64,000 nt of DNA from Ruditapes philippinarum (Eukaryota): contig NW_026864613.1 in assembly GCF_026571515.1 (NCBI RefSeq), positions 62,001 to 126,000 on the forward strand. The letters run 5' to 3'. Numbering within the stretch: position 1 is the first letter of the stretch; every line of letters begins with the position of its first letter. The position numbers and the translations under genes were made by a program. The notes beneath the pieces are model-generated. The model was given only the letters and a program-made list of their open reading frames with translations. It ran no database searches and had not been told where the DNA came from. Positions 26,574-41,393 of the stretch are shown here, one piece after another.

Positions 26574-29500
26574 ATTTCATACAGAATTGTTCAGTAATAA
26601 AACGACGACCGATTGATATTTTCGCGAGATTGTTTTATTACTGAAGCATAGAGAAAAAAACACCACGTCATACGTTTACTTAAGGCTTACACAGAACACT
26701 AATATAATTGTCATATATTAATCAATTAAGTTTACATTATTACACGCTCAAAACGTGTATTTTATTATCATTCAAATATACATCTGCTAATTTATTTCGT
26801 CATTAATGGCAAATACAGTTTATAATCATTGTTGTATGGGGTTCTATGACTTAAAGAAAGTAAAAAAACAGGCAAGTTAAGTCTTATTAACATATCATAA
26901 GTAAATGCCTTCCATTAAATCGCTGCGGCCGATGAAATAAGCATACAATGTTTGATTACTCTAAAGCAGACAGATAACATTTCTTTGGAAAGAAAAACAC
27001 TTTTAAACCTTTTAAAGAAAGTTCAAAAATTATTGTTCTAGCCAAAGATTTTATTTGACGTGTGGGGAATATTTATTGCCAGCAGAATTATCTGCTAGCT
27101 CTGATTCAATGAAGAAAGTAAATCCACAAGAATCTTACTAAAATATTTATCATCCACTGCTCGGAACAGTAAAACTGAACATTTACTTCTGTCTTTAATT
27201 CTTACTCTAAAAGATAAGATAGCTCGGAAAACGTGTGATTTATTAGATATCGACATTTCATTCCGAACAGATGTAAAGGCATGGCCTGGAAACAGTAATA
27301 AATTGGAAGGAATTGCTGGTAAATATTTAATGGGTTCCTATCAAGAAAATGTCTAACCGATTGAAATGACTTTTTAATGCCAAAGTAAGTTGATTCGCCG
27401 ACTCCAGCAATTAAAGTCAAAATACATACAGTTGTATTACATTGCAGTTCTTGATAAAACACGTAAGATGAACGACTACAGGAAAACATATGCGTTAAAT
27501 ATTCTGAACCAGCTCATCTGTGAAATAACCATGTTTTTTCTTTCTAAAATACATTGAATTTATTAAAGCAGGAAACAAGTACAGTGAATCATGTAAATTT
27601 ACTTATATACTGCATCAGAGTAAGAATTGCCATAACTTTTGTTTGTTATTCAATGCTTTTAATCAATTAGAATGAAAATATACAAATTGTATAACTCGTA
27701 TTTTACACAAACATTTATATTCCTATCTGTAGCTTTGATACGTGTATGCTGATTTATTGTCAAATCTTCGGATGGTACACGTAGATTACAAAAGAGAAAG
27801 GAACGCTTCACAAAACTTCCAAAGTTTGCTTATTGTTAGGAAGAACAAATGTATGATAAATACGAAGAAACACTGTGGAATTTCGTTCTTCTGCGAGGGG
27901 AAGAAATCAGAATGAAAGTTATTCCTATTTATCACGATTGAAGGACGTTAAACGGGCATTCATGATGAAATCATCATGTAGCAACTGTTTAAAAATGATA
28001 TTATATAAAGCCCGCGATAAAGAGTAAATCAAGAATGAAGGAAAGGTTCATATATTCAAGTGTTGGCAAGTTAACCAGTTGCATCATGCAAGCGTGTCAA
28101 ATAAATTGCGATTTTATTAATGCAATCAATGTATCTCAGTTATTTATGGTGTGTGTTACAGTAATTAACTCTCAATAGTGCTATCATTCAGCTAGGAAAT
28201 ATATTTATTAGCAAGCATTGATTAAACAATGATAGCTGACTCAAGATGTATACGCATAACAATTTATGTACCGTATATAAAATGCTAACAAAAAGCTTTT
28301 TACGGCGTATGTCTCAATTTCATAAACATGAGATGAGTTTTATAAATGAATAATTCAATAAAACGTAGGATGACATGTTTTAAAACTGATAAATATAACT
28401 CCTAGTCCTTCAAAAGAAAAGACAATATTTCACTTACTATGCCAAAAAGACATTAACTTCCATGAAGGAAATGCCTTTCCGGCGTATAGCTTCCTTTAAG
28501 CATTCCGAGTAGAATAATTGACTACCGATAATGCTATTTAATACAGTTCCATTTACTGCAAGTCCTTACAGAATTGTCGCTCGCGGCCATACATCACGGT
28601 TTTATATCACGACTCTCCCTTGGGTTTTCCTCGTCTCCGAGATTTGCGTATCACTTACTGAAAATTGTCAATTTTCTTTCTACCTTTCACGAGAACGTGT
28701 TAGGACAACACCAATGAACGCATTATGTTCCGGAGAAAACATTTTAATAACATACATCAATGAAATTAAATGTCAAATGTTCAGAGAAATAAATCTTAAA
28801 GATATGTCTAATTAGATGTACATGAATAAAAATTGGAGTAAATGAAAAGTTCCTTCTTTCGGGATAAAATGCATTGGAAATGCTATGCCATCCAGTTTGT
28901 GTAAATAAACATATCTAATCTGAAACCGAGACGAAAATATATCTATATTATGTAAAACAACCTTGACAGAATGAAATCTGTTGATAAATGGCACATAAGC
29001 GCATACAGAATCAAAACCAGATTTCAAAATTTCATGCACTCGTTGAGCTAGAATAAATTTTACGAATTTGTAAATAAGTATATTAATAAGATTAAAAAAT
29101 ATGCAAGAATTGTTTATGCTGGTACACTATCGAGTTAAACGTGGAAAAATTCAGTCACGTCAATCGCACTTGTATTTCTTCATGCTAACATGAATTCAAA
29201 AAATAGTTTACACTATCATGACCCAAATATTATTAATTTCGTAAAAATATCGTGGGAAGTTTATTTTATCACTGTTTCTTTTTCTGAAACCATGATTTTT
29301 CAAATGTGTAGCAATAAACTGGTGGCTATTTTTAAGCTCTAGCCTATGTCTACGTTTGTTCTTGTCTCACTGTGACGTACAAAGACATAATCCAATGTGT
29401 TACATAATTCTTGCAAAATTATATTCACTTAACTATTTATGTCAACCATTCAAGCGATAACACTCACACGTTTGTAGTGTTTGTACCAGAAAACGGTGAT

Positions 29501-32500
29501 GACAGAGAAATTTGGTGGCTCCAAAACAACCATCTAGGCATACTCTAACATGTATTTATCACCGAAAATTGCTACATGCAGGCTGTAATTTAATCTTGTG
29601 ATAAATGAAAATAGGGGCATGCAAATCTCCGACGCCGTATCTTTCTATGAGCTTTAATGAAAACCTTTTAATGTTCTATTTGAGTTCTCTATAATGTAAA
29701 TTCTTGTTATTGTAGACAACATGTAATTATGCTCTTACAGAAGTATTGAAAAAGAAGTTAAGTCCGAATAAAGTTTGCTTTTGCTAAATCAAGATTACGG
29801 AATGTTGATTCAAATGGCGATAAGAATAACGTTTTGCACATTAACGAAGACTGCTCGTATCAGTTTATCTTTTCTGTCACATTTTTCATTGTCTGAGACA
29901 TGTTATCACACTTCGTAACATACGACTTTTTAGAGATTTTTAAATTCAGAACATATCTTACATACGATTGGACAGAATTAAAGATAAGACAAATGTTCTA
30001 TACTCATCTCAAATTTATTTCGGGCTCGTGTATTATTTTTTATAAAACAATCATATAATTTGGATTAATTAAAGAAGTTCAATCGTGGTCAATTTATTAA
30101 GTCTGACATGTTTGCATAATACACATTGTAATATAAAACTTGGCTTTTATAGACTGACACTAAGCAATGAAACATGTTTTGACTGAACAAAACAAGAAAA
30201 CAACAAAAAACAAACAAACGGGATAATAACATAATTACATAAAACATTTATACTAATAAGGCAAAAAACTAAAGTTATATTAAAGTAAATGTTCATTTTA
30301 GCAACACAAACATCTTTTACTAAACCTTATCATCGAAATGTAAAAAAGGTTTGTTCACTACTGCAACAATCTCGAATGTCAAATATAAACACAACACACA
30401 TAATCTTTCCCACATATTATTAAAGTCTGAGCATGTTAATAATACACTTAAAACGTAGATTTAATGATTTAATCGCACACTTTTGCATCTGAAATTTCTT
30501 CCCACGGTTTACATAAATGAAAAGTTCTTTACATTTTTTTATCCCTATGTAAATTTTACTTGAAAGTAAAAACTTCTCGGCTTAATTCAAAACCGAGCTT
30601 TATAAAATGTTTCAGAACGTTTGCTCTACCTCTCAAAACATTATCCTTTATTTTCTTACTGACACTATATTTGATCTCATTGATCCATCATTTGTTTTTT
30701 CTCATGTACATAATAATGAAAACGCACATAGAGAAAATTGGTGTAGTCTTAGTAATTTTGTACCTCGTATTAAATTTGTTTACCGATAAAATAACATCAA
30801 TACCAAGAAAGTCGTTGAAAATATTAAGATTTCATTAGTCTATAATATATTATCAATTTAATAAGAAGTTTTTCGTTTGCAAATATATATGTAAATCACA
30901 TGATCAGTACTAGCTCATTCATTTATTCATGGCAATGTCGCGCAGTGTTTTCAAAATGTCCATTGTACCTCAAAATATAATTGATTGCATTTTTAAGTTA
31001 TACATAATTAATACACTGACAGTTCAAAGCCACGTTTTTCATTAAAAATAATATATTTATCAATATTTTTCATTGATTACCTTTACGTTGATAAGTATGA
31101 AAAGATAAATTACAAAGCAATCAAACAAAACAAAAATAATTCTATTAAAGTACAATAAATCGTTTAAAACATACCTCAATAACTGTTCCAAATAGTGCAA
31201 TAGTCCGATTTACGATACCATAACTATATATTCATAAACTTTTGAAAAAAAAAAACTTTAAACTAAGATGATGTGTACAAAGATGAATTGTATATCATTT
31301 ACGCGTACTTTACTGTCAACACTTAACACAAACAATCTTGAGAAAACGAACTTATTCCAGCCAAAGAAGTTCCACGGGATAAAAGCATTAATCAACTCGA
31401 AGAGATCTCTCATAGAAAGAGTACATAATCCGCTACGAAATACAAACACAAATGAAAAAACGACTGTAATCTTAAATTAACCAATATGTTACAGAAGTCA
31501 AAGAGACAATACCTCTCGTTTCATGTGAGAGAACAGTCTTATTGGTCTCGGTTCTCTGGGCAGAATGTGTCTGTAGATAGTACCGACGCTAAAATCAATG
31601 AAGATCAGGCGAACACTGCCAGAATACAAACCGTTATTGACAGAACATTAACTGCTTATAAATACTTTTTCCCATAGAATGAACATTATTATTGTATTTC
31701 TATAAAAAAAAGATGAAATTTGCCATAAAGGATGGGGAAATTCGGGCACATTATCGTCTAAAACTAATATTTCATTAAGTGGATAGGGACTTTTAAACCT
31801 GTTTAATTACAGCTTTTACGTGCACAGTAAATTATGATCCTGGGATAAGCTAATGCAATCATGGAATTTGATATTGAAAATATTTAAAAAAAGTATTTTT
31901 TTTAAATGTTAACTGCAATTTACAGTAATATTTTAAGAAGAAAAAGAACCGGAACTATTTTACAAAATTTTAGTGAGTAATGAAATCATGTTAAATTATA
32001 TGTGGGGGCGGTCTTAATTTACATAACGGGTCCATAATTATTTGATCAGAGAGAAAAAGTAAGCTTTAATGACTATGCAAGTAATGCATAAATTTTGATC
32101 ATATCTATCACATTTAGGTAATCTGTAAAAAATCCATTTGATAAATACCTTATTATAAAGAAAACGATATTTCGGATGGAAAACAAAAATTTCAACAATA
32201 ATTATAAATTTTATGGATGTGATATAAGTATAATGCACAATTAGCAATATTGTAACGTAGAACGATATATTTAAGTTGAAACATATAATTAAAAGTTGGA
32301 TTGAACCAAAAACGCTTGCAGCTTCTTTTAATCACTCTCGAGTCCGCTTCCTGGTTTTGAGGAATTATTGTTCTGGTTGCAGTATCCCGTACCCTTCCTC
32401 TCTTTGTTGAAGATCAAACACATTATCAATAACCAATTATCATTAATGATGTATTGTTTAGCAAGTTGTACGCTGCTATACTCGAAATCAGCCCAATAAA

Positions 32501-33900
32501 ACTATTCTGAGATTTGCAAAAGCATAATACTTTTAAGGCTTTGTCCTTTGCTAAAACAATTTAATTCATATTTTGCGATAATGTATTGTAAATGAACTAT
32601 ATTTTACATAATATTATATAAAACATTTCAAACAACACAGCAGTTATGATACATTGTCACAGTTACAAATCGTCTAAGAGCGTCAGTCTAGTTAAAGAGA
32701 TTCAATAGTTCAGAGTGATAGACTTATCTATATCTTGATCATCATTTACAATGCATTTTCAATTCAGTTATTCCTATTCTTCATGTAAACAAAATGCAAT
32801 GTCGTACCTTTTTATGATTTTTATTAACTCGAAATGGAAATATGCAACTACTTAAATAAGAATATAAAAGACAGAAATCAAAGATTACGTAGTACTCCTC
32901 GTTATTATTGAATAACTGCCATACAATTCAAGCCATATTTGAATTCCATTTATTTCTAGACACACTGGTTCTGCCTGTCTTTCAAAATTCAGTCCCAATT
33001 TTGCTGATTCATTCTTTATAAGCAAGCTCTAAAATGCCAATGAAGTGTGAACGCAACAAAGCAAGAAAAAGTCTATGGAACATAATCACCGCAAATAATA
33101 CAAAGGAGCATAAACAAATAAATCCTTTCGTAAAAGAAAGGAAACTTTTGTTGTTTTAATAACTGTCAACGTTGTTCAATGGAAGACATGGCGAATACTC
33201 TTTTGATTGTAATAATTCAGTCAGATGTGACATGTCAGTGATAATTGAAGCTTGAATTATGGCAATCCTGGGTCCAACTCTTATACTCTGACAATTTTAT
33301 GGCAAAACGCCAAAGTTCGTTTACAAGCGGAGACATATATTGGACAATATTTCAAGCATTATAGAGACAAACAGGTCTTATGATCATAACTATGCTCCTT
33401 TCAATAAAATAAGTGCATATAAAGAAAACTATGTGCACTGAAGAAGTATGGAATTGTTTTATTTTCCATATGGTATAGGAAAGGTTATCCTTATGTTTAA
33501 TTACAATTACAATTACTTTGAAATTACCAGGTCTAACAAAGGGTGCTCCCATTAGGGTAGAGGGTTTAACTGGTGAGAGTCCTGATCATGAACATTGCAT
33601 GTGAGATAATTAAATGTGCACCATATCTTAACACAACCAAGCACTGGTTAAAGCAGTATTCAATTTTTAACACTATTGGCATCGATGATCTGGAGGGACG
33701 GGAAGTATAACATTATTGAGATGAAGGACGGGTCAATTCTTTACGGCTGTTCTGCACAACAGTAAACACCTGCTGTTTTATGTATAGACATTTGATAGAG
33801 ACCACTCGAGAGTACTTAAAACAAAATAAAAAGGAAAAAATGTAGAATCGGTTTGATTAAATCTGTTTAAGAGACATAATAATGATAACATTTCTCATAC

Positions 33901-33930
33901 CCCACCCTAGCACCGGCTTAAGCAGTATTC
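33901..33930 (-). repeat. Dispersed ~30-bp motif G (5 copies in the window)
   Basis: gaatactgcttaagccggtgctagggtgg; variants at about 12405-12438 (-), 22923-22955 (+), 33635-33661 (-) and 63859-63888 (+). Confidence 0.7.
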
Positions 33931-34338
33931 GATTTTCAACAAATGCGGACAATGCTTTTTAATGTTGCAATTAACATTAAAATTCTGTTTTCTCTTAAAT
34001 GATCAAATCAAAATAAACATTTGCATTTATTGACAGGCAATTTGATTGGCTAAATTAAAGTATGTACAAAGCCTGATCATGCATCAGCATGGCAATACCA
34101 CTGTTCCCATCGACAGTGTTAAGCGTCATGCGGATGAATTAAATATAGTTATTTATCGCATCATTGTACATCAGATACAAAGAATGGTCGCTGCATCGTT
34201 CTCATATATCTGCAATTAAATAATGTTTTTATTGTCAAGAGATGCTTACATTCTGATCACTTAAGCTTATTTGTTTTTGTTTCTTTGTCGTTTGTCCTAA
34301 AACAAAATGTTATCTAGTAAACCTTTTTGGTTAAAACA

Positions 34339-34361
34339 TAACCACTCAGCCACGGACGCCC
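34339..34361 (-). mobile_element. 5' tip of a tRNA-derived SINE head (A box)
   Basis: Reverse complement gggcgtccgtggctgagtggtta contains the Pol III A box TGGCTGAGTGG. The rest of the element is absent. Confidence 0.45.
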
Positions 34362-36733
34362 GTCTTAATTGTATCCGGTAAACAGTAAAACGCAAATTTT
34401 AAAAAATATGAGACATGCGAAAGCCGATCATGTCAAATCTGTTATAATAGTGTAAATTTCCTTTATTTTTGAGACTTGTACTTTTCAGAAAAGACGAGAT
34501 TATTTCAAAATTGAAATCAACTGACAACATTCTTTTACGTGTTTCATTTGAATCAATAATTTATAAAATGCGGAATCATTATTTATACCAGGTAACTGAC
34601 ACGTAATCGATACATTTTAAGTATATATTTACCTGGTTGTTTGGTGAAGCATAAACTCTAGGTTATAAATTTTATCCACTAGAAAGTGATACAAGTTCAA
34701 CGATAACGGAAACTCAAATAAACAAGAGAGTTATTTGTAACTGTAAAACAACAATTATTAATTATTTACATGTCTCGCTCTCATCTCAGACGCAAATAAT
34801 CAAATGGACCTGTCATTGTTGCAATGATTTAATGTGCGCAGGTCCTCTTTCCATTGCCCATATACGACGTTCTGATGTTAAATCACTGGTTGTTAATTAC
34901 CGATGTATTGGCAGTATAGATAACAAGCTAACAAGAAAAGACAATAAATATCTTGATCCTTTCATCGGGAAAGAAAACCTAATTTAGTACTCGTGTATAG
35001 CAGCAAATTTGCCCTGATGTATGTTACAATGATGCTAGTAAACTACTATCATTAATTTACCATTTGTTGTCTTTCTATATCAACTTTAATTGTAGAACCC
35101 GACAATAGAATGTACAATGCTAAAAATCCTAAAAAATTCTCAATTTGTATATTATAAGCATATTTTATTAATGAAAAGAAGTAAAACTTTGATTAATGAG
35201 AATTTTCATAAACTTCGTATAAGAAAATAAACAATAATTTAAAAAAGTGAATGACAAAAAGTGTCTTATTCATTTCAGACATTTGCAAGATCAGATAACT
35301 GTAAATCAAGCATTTGATTTTTAAAAATTTCTTATTATTTCATATATAGTCATTAAAGACACTTCAATACTATTCTACGACTCAATTTGCTTTCCTTCAA
35401 TGAGTAAACACACTGCATTGTTTTTCATCGAAAAAGCAACGGATGCAAACTAGAGGAGAATTTCTATCATCTCGCCTTAGCAACACTTTTTAATTATGAT
35501 TCTTTTAATCAAGCAAAGTTAAAAATATCCACGCTAGTTTGAATTTCCGGCGTTGTCTTTGTTAAAAATTTTGTTAATGTAAGAAAATGAAATGTAGAGT
35601 GGAAAAGTAGATGAAATAAATAAGATCTAATTAAATTTCTCGTGAAATAATTATATCAGAACTTGAACTCCAAACGCAAGTGAAATGTAAGCAATGTTGT
35701 AAACCCTTAATAAATGAAGCGTGGAGCAATTCATATCAAAGAACACGAAACAGAGTGATTCTTAATTTATCTTCAAGTTCCACTTGCATAATTATGTTCA
35801 AAATAATTGAGGGACAAATTTTATTTAACATAAGATGCTGAGCCAGACAGATTATTTAAGTATATCCCTGTGGAGTGGTTAACAATAAATGTAGTAATAT
35901 GAGACGTTATATGCACAAGCCTGTGATATAAAAGAAGCTTATTCAGAAGTTGTGTGTTTTATAGACAAATATTAAGTCAACAACATATCGTAGAATCATA
36001 CTTGGGTGACTTCTCACTGATAAAATACAAATTCATGATTGGTAGTTTTCAATGCATTTTACTTAACTATTAAGAAAAGCGAAAATGTGAATGTTAGCAT
36101 TGACTCTCGAGAAAACCATAGGAAATATAACTCACGATTCTAAGACAGAACCTATCCTTTACACTAACTATTTGTTGATTGATTTTACTGGCAATTAATG
36201 TGAAGCAAGGCAAGTGATAACCAAGGACATTTAACTTGGAGAATAATTGACGTGACTTCAAAGACATTGTACGTTTTAACTCGCTGTTTGCGAGCACTTA
36301 GAAAAACATTGCATTGTTAGTCTACTTAGTAGTAAATTTCCTTATCTCTTGGATCTTGACACATTCACGATGATTCAAACCGTTTAAACAAGGAATGCTT
36401 ATTCCATCTTATAAGTGAATAAACTAAATAAATATAGATGTATAGGTCTTGAGCATTTTATTAATTGGGATGCAATAATTCAGTTAATCGTTTGTTTCAT
36501 ATATATCATTATTATATTACTCAAAATAAGTCTTATAGCACAAAATTATACAAAACATAGATTTGACTTGGATACCTTCTTTTGCTAAAAAATACATGCA
36601 CATCTCTATGTAAATCTTTATAAAGACAGTGTAAAGGGCCATTGAATATCAAGATATTGCATTCATTCAAAGAAACAGAAAGAAACTCTTTATTCATTTC
36701 AGTAACTACACTATTCTGGTAGTACCCCTAAAT

Positions 36734-36920
36734 AAACCTTGCTAACGGCGTATGCAATGATACCGATATAAACAAGATAGGTGAATCCTAACATTAATCT
36801 CGACAGACAATTCCCAGTAGAGTGATTTAAAGAACGCGTGTAGCAATTCATACAAACTTTACTACGGCGAATTAGGCAAAGTCACTGCAATTAAAAGTAT
36901 CATTAAACAGAGACATCTTT
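36734..36920 (+). repeat. Old duplicated block A (copies at 40446-40625 and 46605-46785)
   Basis: tgctaacggc.ta...aacaa.ata.gtgaat.c.aa.at.aatc.cgaca.aca.ttcccagt.ga...attta.agaa.g.g.gt.gcaat.catacaaa is present in all three copies. Confidence 0.9.
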
Positions 36921-38379
36921 TCAATGTCTTAAACGGAGCCATCTTTTTGAGGTCTTCTTTGTAGTAGAAAAAATGACAAGCATATTGACATAAAACAAGG
37001 TACTGCTCTTATTTAAATGAGGTACACACTGTGATGAATACTGATTCTTGAAATTTTATTCTGATATGTCACTTCTTTGTTACAGTAAACAAAGTCTTTC
37101 AATTACCTGACACAGACAGGTTACATTGTTACCTTCATTTAAACCTCTATAACGGTTAGGGGATATTGAATTTATTGAGGCTTTCTTAATCACGTTTACA
37201 AAATAGCTTTTCGGATCAATCAATGAGACATTAGTTAAAATGCATGATTTAAGCTAGCTTATTCTTCCTTTTAACACGATGATTTCAAAATACGTTGTAA
37301 TAGTTTATGTCCTTTGATGCGTAAAACAAAATGATATCATATAGGCTCTCATAACTGTGGAAGTAATTCGGATATTTTAAAATAATGAAATAATGAAAAA
37401 GCAATCTCAGAGCAGCATAATGAAATAAAAACATGATAGAAAACAAAAACAACGTTCACCTTCCCCACCAACACAAAATTAATAAAATGATAAAAAAATA
37501 TTAATGAATAAATCAATCTTTCACTCTTATGACATTTAGTATAAAAATAGTTTATAGCGATGGTTGCTTATATTGTTTGTCTCTATTATACCGTCAAATG
37601 TTCGAATTTTCGAATTGCTACATGTACAACACTTATATATTTTAATCAATTATGCTGCCATAAGACATCTAACACCTCAGATTTATCTTATGTTAAGCAG
37701 GGACTTCAATGAAATTTGTAAGATTCTGATTACTAGTAGTCGAATTACTTAATATTATTATCATACTTCTTTATCGGAACTATTTTGATACTGGCATTTC
37801 TCAAACATGTACGCCTTTCTTATGGTATCAAACGGGAAGAGAAGTTATTCGCAAATATATTTTAATAGTTTGTTTGATAAGAAATCGAAAACTTATAATG
37901 ATCTGCATTCTCAGCTTCATCATTGTGTTGTGCATCAATACCACTGCCTAGCTTTGATTTAAAAGGTGGACAATATAACCGGCCTGTCATTGTTCTCATG
38001 ATTTAATAAGCTCGGATATTCTTTCCGTCCCTCTTTTACTGCCTTTCTGCAGCTATTTAGCTTATTGTGAAAGTCATTAGCAATTTAAAAAGACATTGCA
38101 TCAACAATTGCGAATAATTTGTGAAAGAAATAACAGACATGCTGATCTTTGTTGTCATATTTTTATCCCCCAAAACAGTTGAATATGATGCTCATATAGA
38201 TGAGTCTGATACTACTAGTATTGCATTCACTTAAGACAAAGCATGTATGACACCAATGATCTTTTGTCGCTACTAGTACGCAACGATAGATTTGTTGCTC
38301 ACTTTATAATACAAATTTCAAACTAAGATACAGAGAATGTGATAAAAGTTTATTTTATGAGAAAAACATCATCTTATTT

Positions 38380-38625
38380 AGCTCAACATTTTCTCCATAT
38401 TTGCACCTCGTTTATGCAAGGAAGCCTAATATGTCATGTTCCAGATTTACATCAAACTCCATCTAACTAAGTGCTTCGTGTTTTAAAACCCAATTCCATT
38501 ACCACTATTATATTTCTTAACATTAAATGAAGTAAATTTTGCTTTAGATTAGATGCTGTTTCACAAATATGCATTGAAATAGTTCCCACAGGGACGGTAA
38601 CAAGAAGGCGTGCATTTTGCAAATT
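38380..38625 (+). repeat. Old duplicated block B (copy at 46065-46320)
   Basis: Shared atatttgca.ctcgtttat, ctccatctaactaagtgcttc, aattccatta, atgaagt.aatt.tgc.ttagatt.gatgct and ccacagggac.gt. Confidence 0.9.
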
Positions 38626-40675
38626 GAGACAAATAATACACATGCGTTCTTTGCAAATGCACTTTAAAATACATTGTAGTGCGTGTTACATTTTATTATT
38701 GAAAATTAGGTAGTTATCGAAAACAAATAGTAATAATGTATTAATTGCGTATAGAAATATTAAAAATCAATTTGGAAGATCGAGTCTTTCAGAATAAGAA
38801 CAGAGGATTATATGATAATATGTTTTAATAATATCTTTTGAGTGCTTATCTTCTTCTTCAACATTTTACATTATTTCTAGCCAGTATACTTATAAAAAGA
38901 CCATTGAATATTAGTGTGCTAAGAAAGATATTCAAATAATATCAACAAGAATGATAAATGTCTCATTATTATTTAAGTTGTAAAAATCCAGTTTCTTTAG
39001 GAAGGATTGCTAATTATTGAAACAAAGTTGAACTTTTAACAGAACCGTTAGTTTAATATCAATAGCAAGATTTTTGTAATTCTTTTTAGATCTTAACTTG
39101 ATATATCGAATATTAGGATACCGTTCAAGTCACATGGAAAATAAGACACATCTTCAATTGGATTCAATTTATGGTAACGCAAACTAATTTTGTAGCAGGT
39201 CGCGTCCTTTTTTTTTGTATATTATAACAATTGATTTATTACATTACTGTTAAAATTTCAGCAGGGTTAATTTCAAGATTTGGCATTAATGTATGAAAAT
39301 CAAATACATGATACTAATTGTAATACAGTTATCAAGCAGCAACGCTACAAGTAAATCAAATAGACAATATTTAATTAATTAATTCTCCATTCACAAACGC
39401 ATACAAAAAAGAATTTTGTGATCGTAATGTCTAAAAACATAGCTGAAGGCTGATCGAATGACTCAATATATGTAAATCACAAAATTAATAGTGGCAAATA
39501 CTTCCCATAAGCTTACAATATAAATAAATTAATGCACTTTGCAAAAACATGCCTCATATGAAAAAAGACAATAACCCTATAATTTGAATATTAATAAATA
39601 AAAACAGCTTTTTACTTCAGTTTTTTCTATAATAACATAGGTTGCTTTTATGCATATCGACAGCATTCACAAAAATTCACTGCATATAAAGATAATCAAG
39701 TTGTTCCATGCCTAGTCCCTCGAGATATATAATGATCAATACATGTCTGTTAGTATTATATCTTCATTCCCTTTTCATTGTAATATTTATTCTAAAATAG
39801 GATATGTATAAGATAATTTTTTTCGTTCAGAGTAAATTGAATTCCTCCTAGAGAACACAAGACATTATTACGTCATGCATTGGGTAATAGCTGGCTTTAA
39901 CATGTTAATCTTGCTATTCATGTTATGCCCTTTGTAAAATTTAAAGACAGTTTTTGAATGAGTTTTAAAATGTTTTTAATGTTTTTATATCAAAGAACAC
40001 CCCCCCCCCCCAAAAAAAAAAAAGCAAAACAAACAAGCAAAGAAACTAACAAACAAAAATAGCCCATAAAAACATCATTTTTCACGTTTGTTAAGATAAA
40101 ATTGTAAAGCATTATTGTCTGCTAAGATCCGGGGTAAGGATTTCAATTCAATTTTAACAGATTCATTCTAGAGGGTAAACGAATTTAAATACTTACTCTT
40201 TTCATAATATCATGTTACATTATCAAAATATCTATGAATATCTAAACATCAAGAAACCCGAGTCAATACCAAGAACTAAAAAGAATATTCTACTATAGCA
40301 TAAGTACATAAATGATAAATGATGACTCAGGTTAAATGATCAAACCAGTGTACACAAAGATATTTCAGTTGACTCGTGAGAAAGATTTAATATTCTTCTT
40401 CTTATTTTCCAGAAAAACATAACCTGTGACTGAAAGGCTTTTAAGAAAACCTGCTAACGGCATATAAAGTGATACTAATATGAACAAAATAAGTGAATCC
40501 CAAAATCAATCCCGACAAACATTTCCCAGTGGAACTATTTAGAGAACGTGGGTGGCAATCCATACAAACTAGACTAACGCGAAGAAAGTAAAGACGCTGC
40601 AATATATATTATGATAAACGGAGATGATTGTTCTTATAGAGGAGTCATATGTTGGACACTGCTTTCACATATCTA

Positions 40676-40832
40676 CAGCAAACACGTATCAAATTTAAAG
40701 GACAAAAATTTAAAAAAAATCGATGTTTCTTACAATTAAAACAAATATATATCCACAGCAAACACGTATCTAAGTTAAATGACGAAAGTATAAAATTCGT
40801 TGTACACAGTTTATTCCAATTAAAACAAATAC
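40676..40832. repeat. Short degenerate tandem duplication (~80-bp period)
   Basis: acagcaaacacgtatc.aa.ttaaa.gac.aaa...tcg.tgt...caattaaaacaaata occurs twice. Confidence 0.75.
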
Positions 40833-41026
40833 TCAGCGGTTTATCTCACATGTATCGGGCAACATTAATTATTACTACAAAAAGAAAAAGTTCGTTTCAA
40901 TTAGAACAAACACTTTATTGATTGTCTGAACGATATTGAGAATACGTGTATCTGACTTCTTAGTGTGAAAATATCGCTATAATTATACATTATTAAATGT
41001 ATGCACAATCATAAACATAAATGTAC

Positions 41027-41393
41027 TTGTATCATAGTTTGGAGACCTTTCTGTTGAAAATGTGTCAGGGTTAAATCGTTTACATATACATGCACAGTGC
41101 GTTAACTGGAGTGCGGGTATTAGTTACCCGCACTCCAGAGCATGCCCATTGATTGGCTCATTTTTGCTGGGGTTTACATACTGTGACGAGCGACAGAAAT
41201 GTCATATTCAGATGTTCGTTCATTGGTTCATTTTTGCCGGGGTTTCATATTGTGACAACAGGGAACATGCTTTTATGTTTGACTATGATACAAAAGAGAA
41301 AGAACACCAAAACACTCGGCAATCTGATTAATACTCGGGGCTACGCCCCCTCGTACAAATCAGATAGCCTCGTGTTTCGGTGCTCTTTCTATT
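41027..41393 (-). mobile_element. Hairpin-dumbbell non-autonomous element (family 3), minus orientation
   Basis: Hairpin about 41294-41393 with CTCG/CTCG mismatches on + (CGAG/CGAG on -) and a minus-strand C-GTA-G apex. Second inverted repeat is ttgtatcatagt (41027-38) / actatgatacaa (41282-93). Confidence 0.75.

Noticed and set aside
26299-26644. ORFs MDSDKPAHPRSLIRIHAVR... and the opposite-strand ORF
   Set aside because: They are translations of a palindromic MITE.
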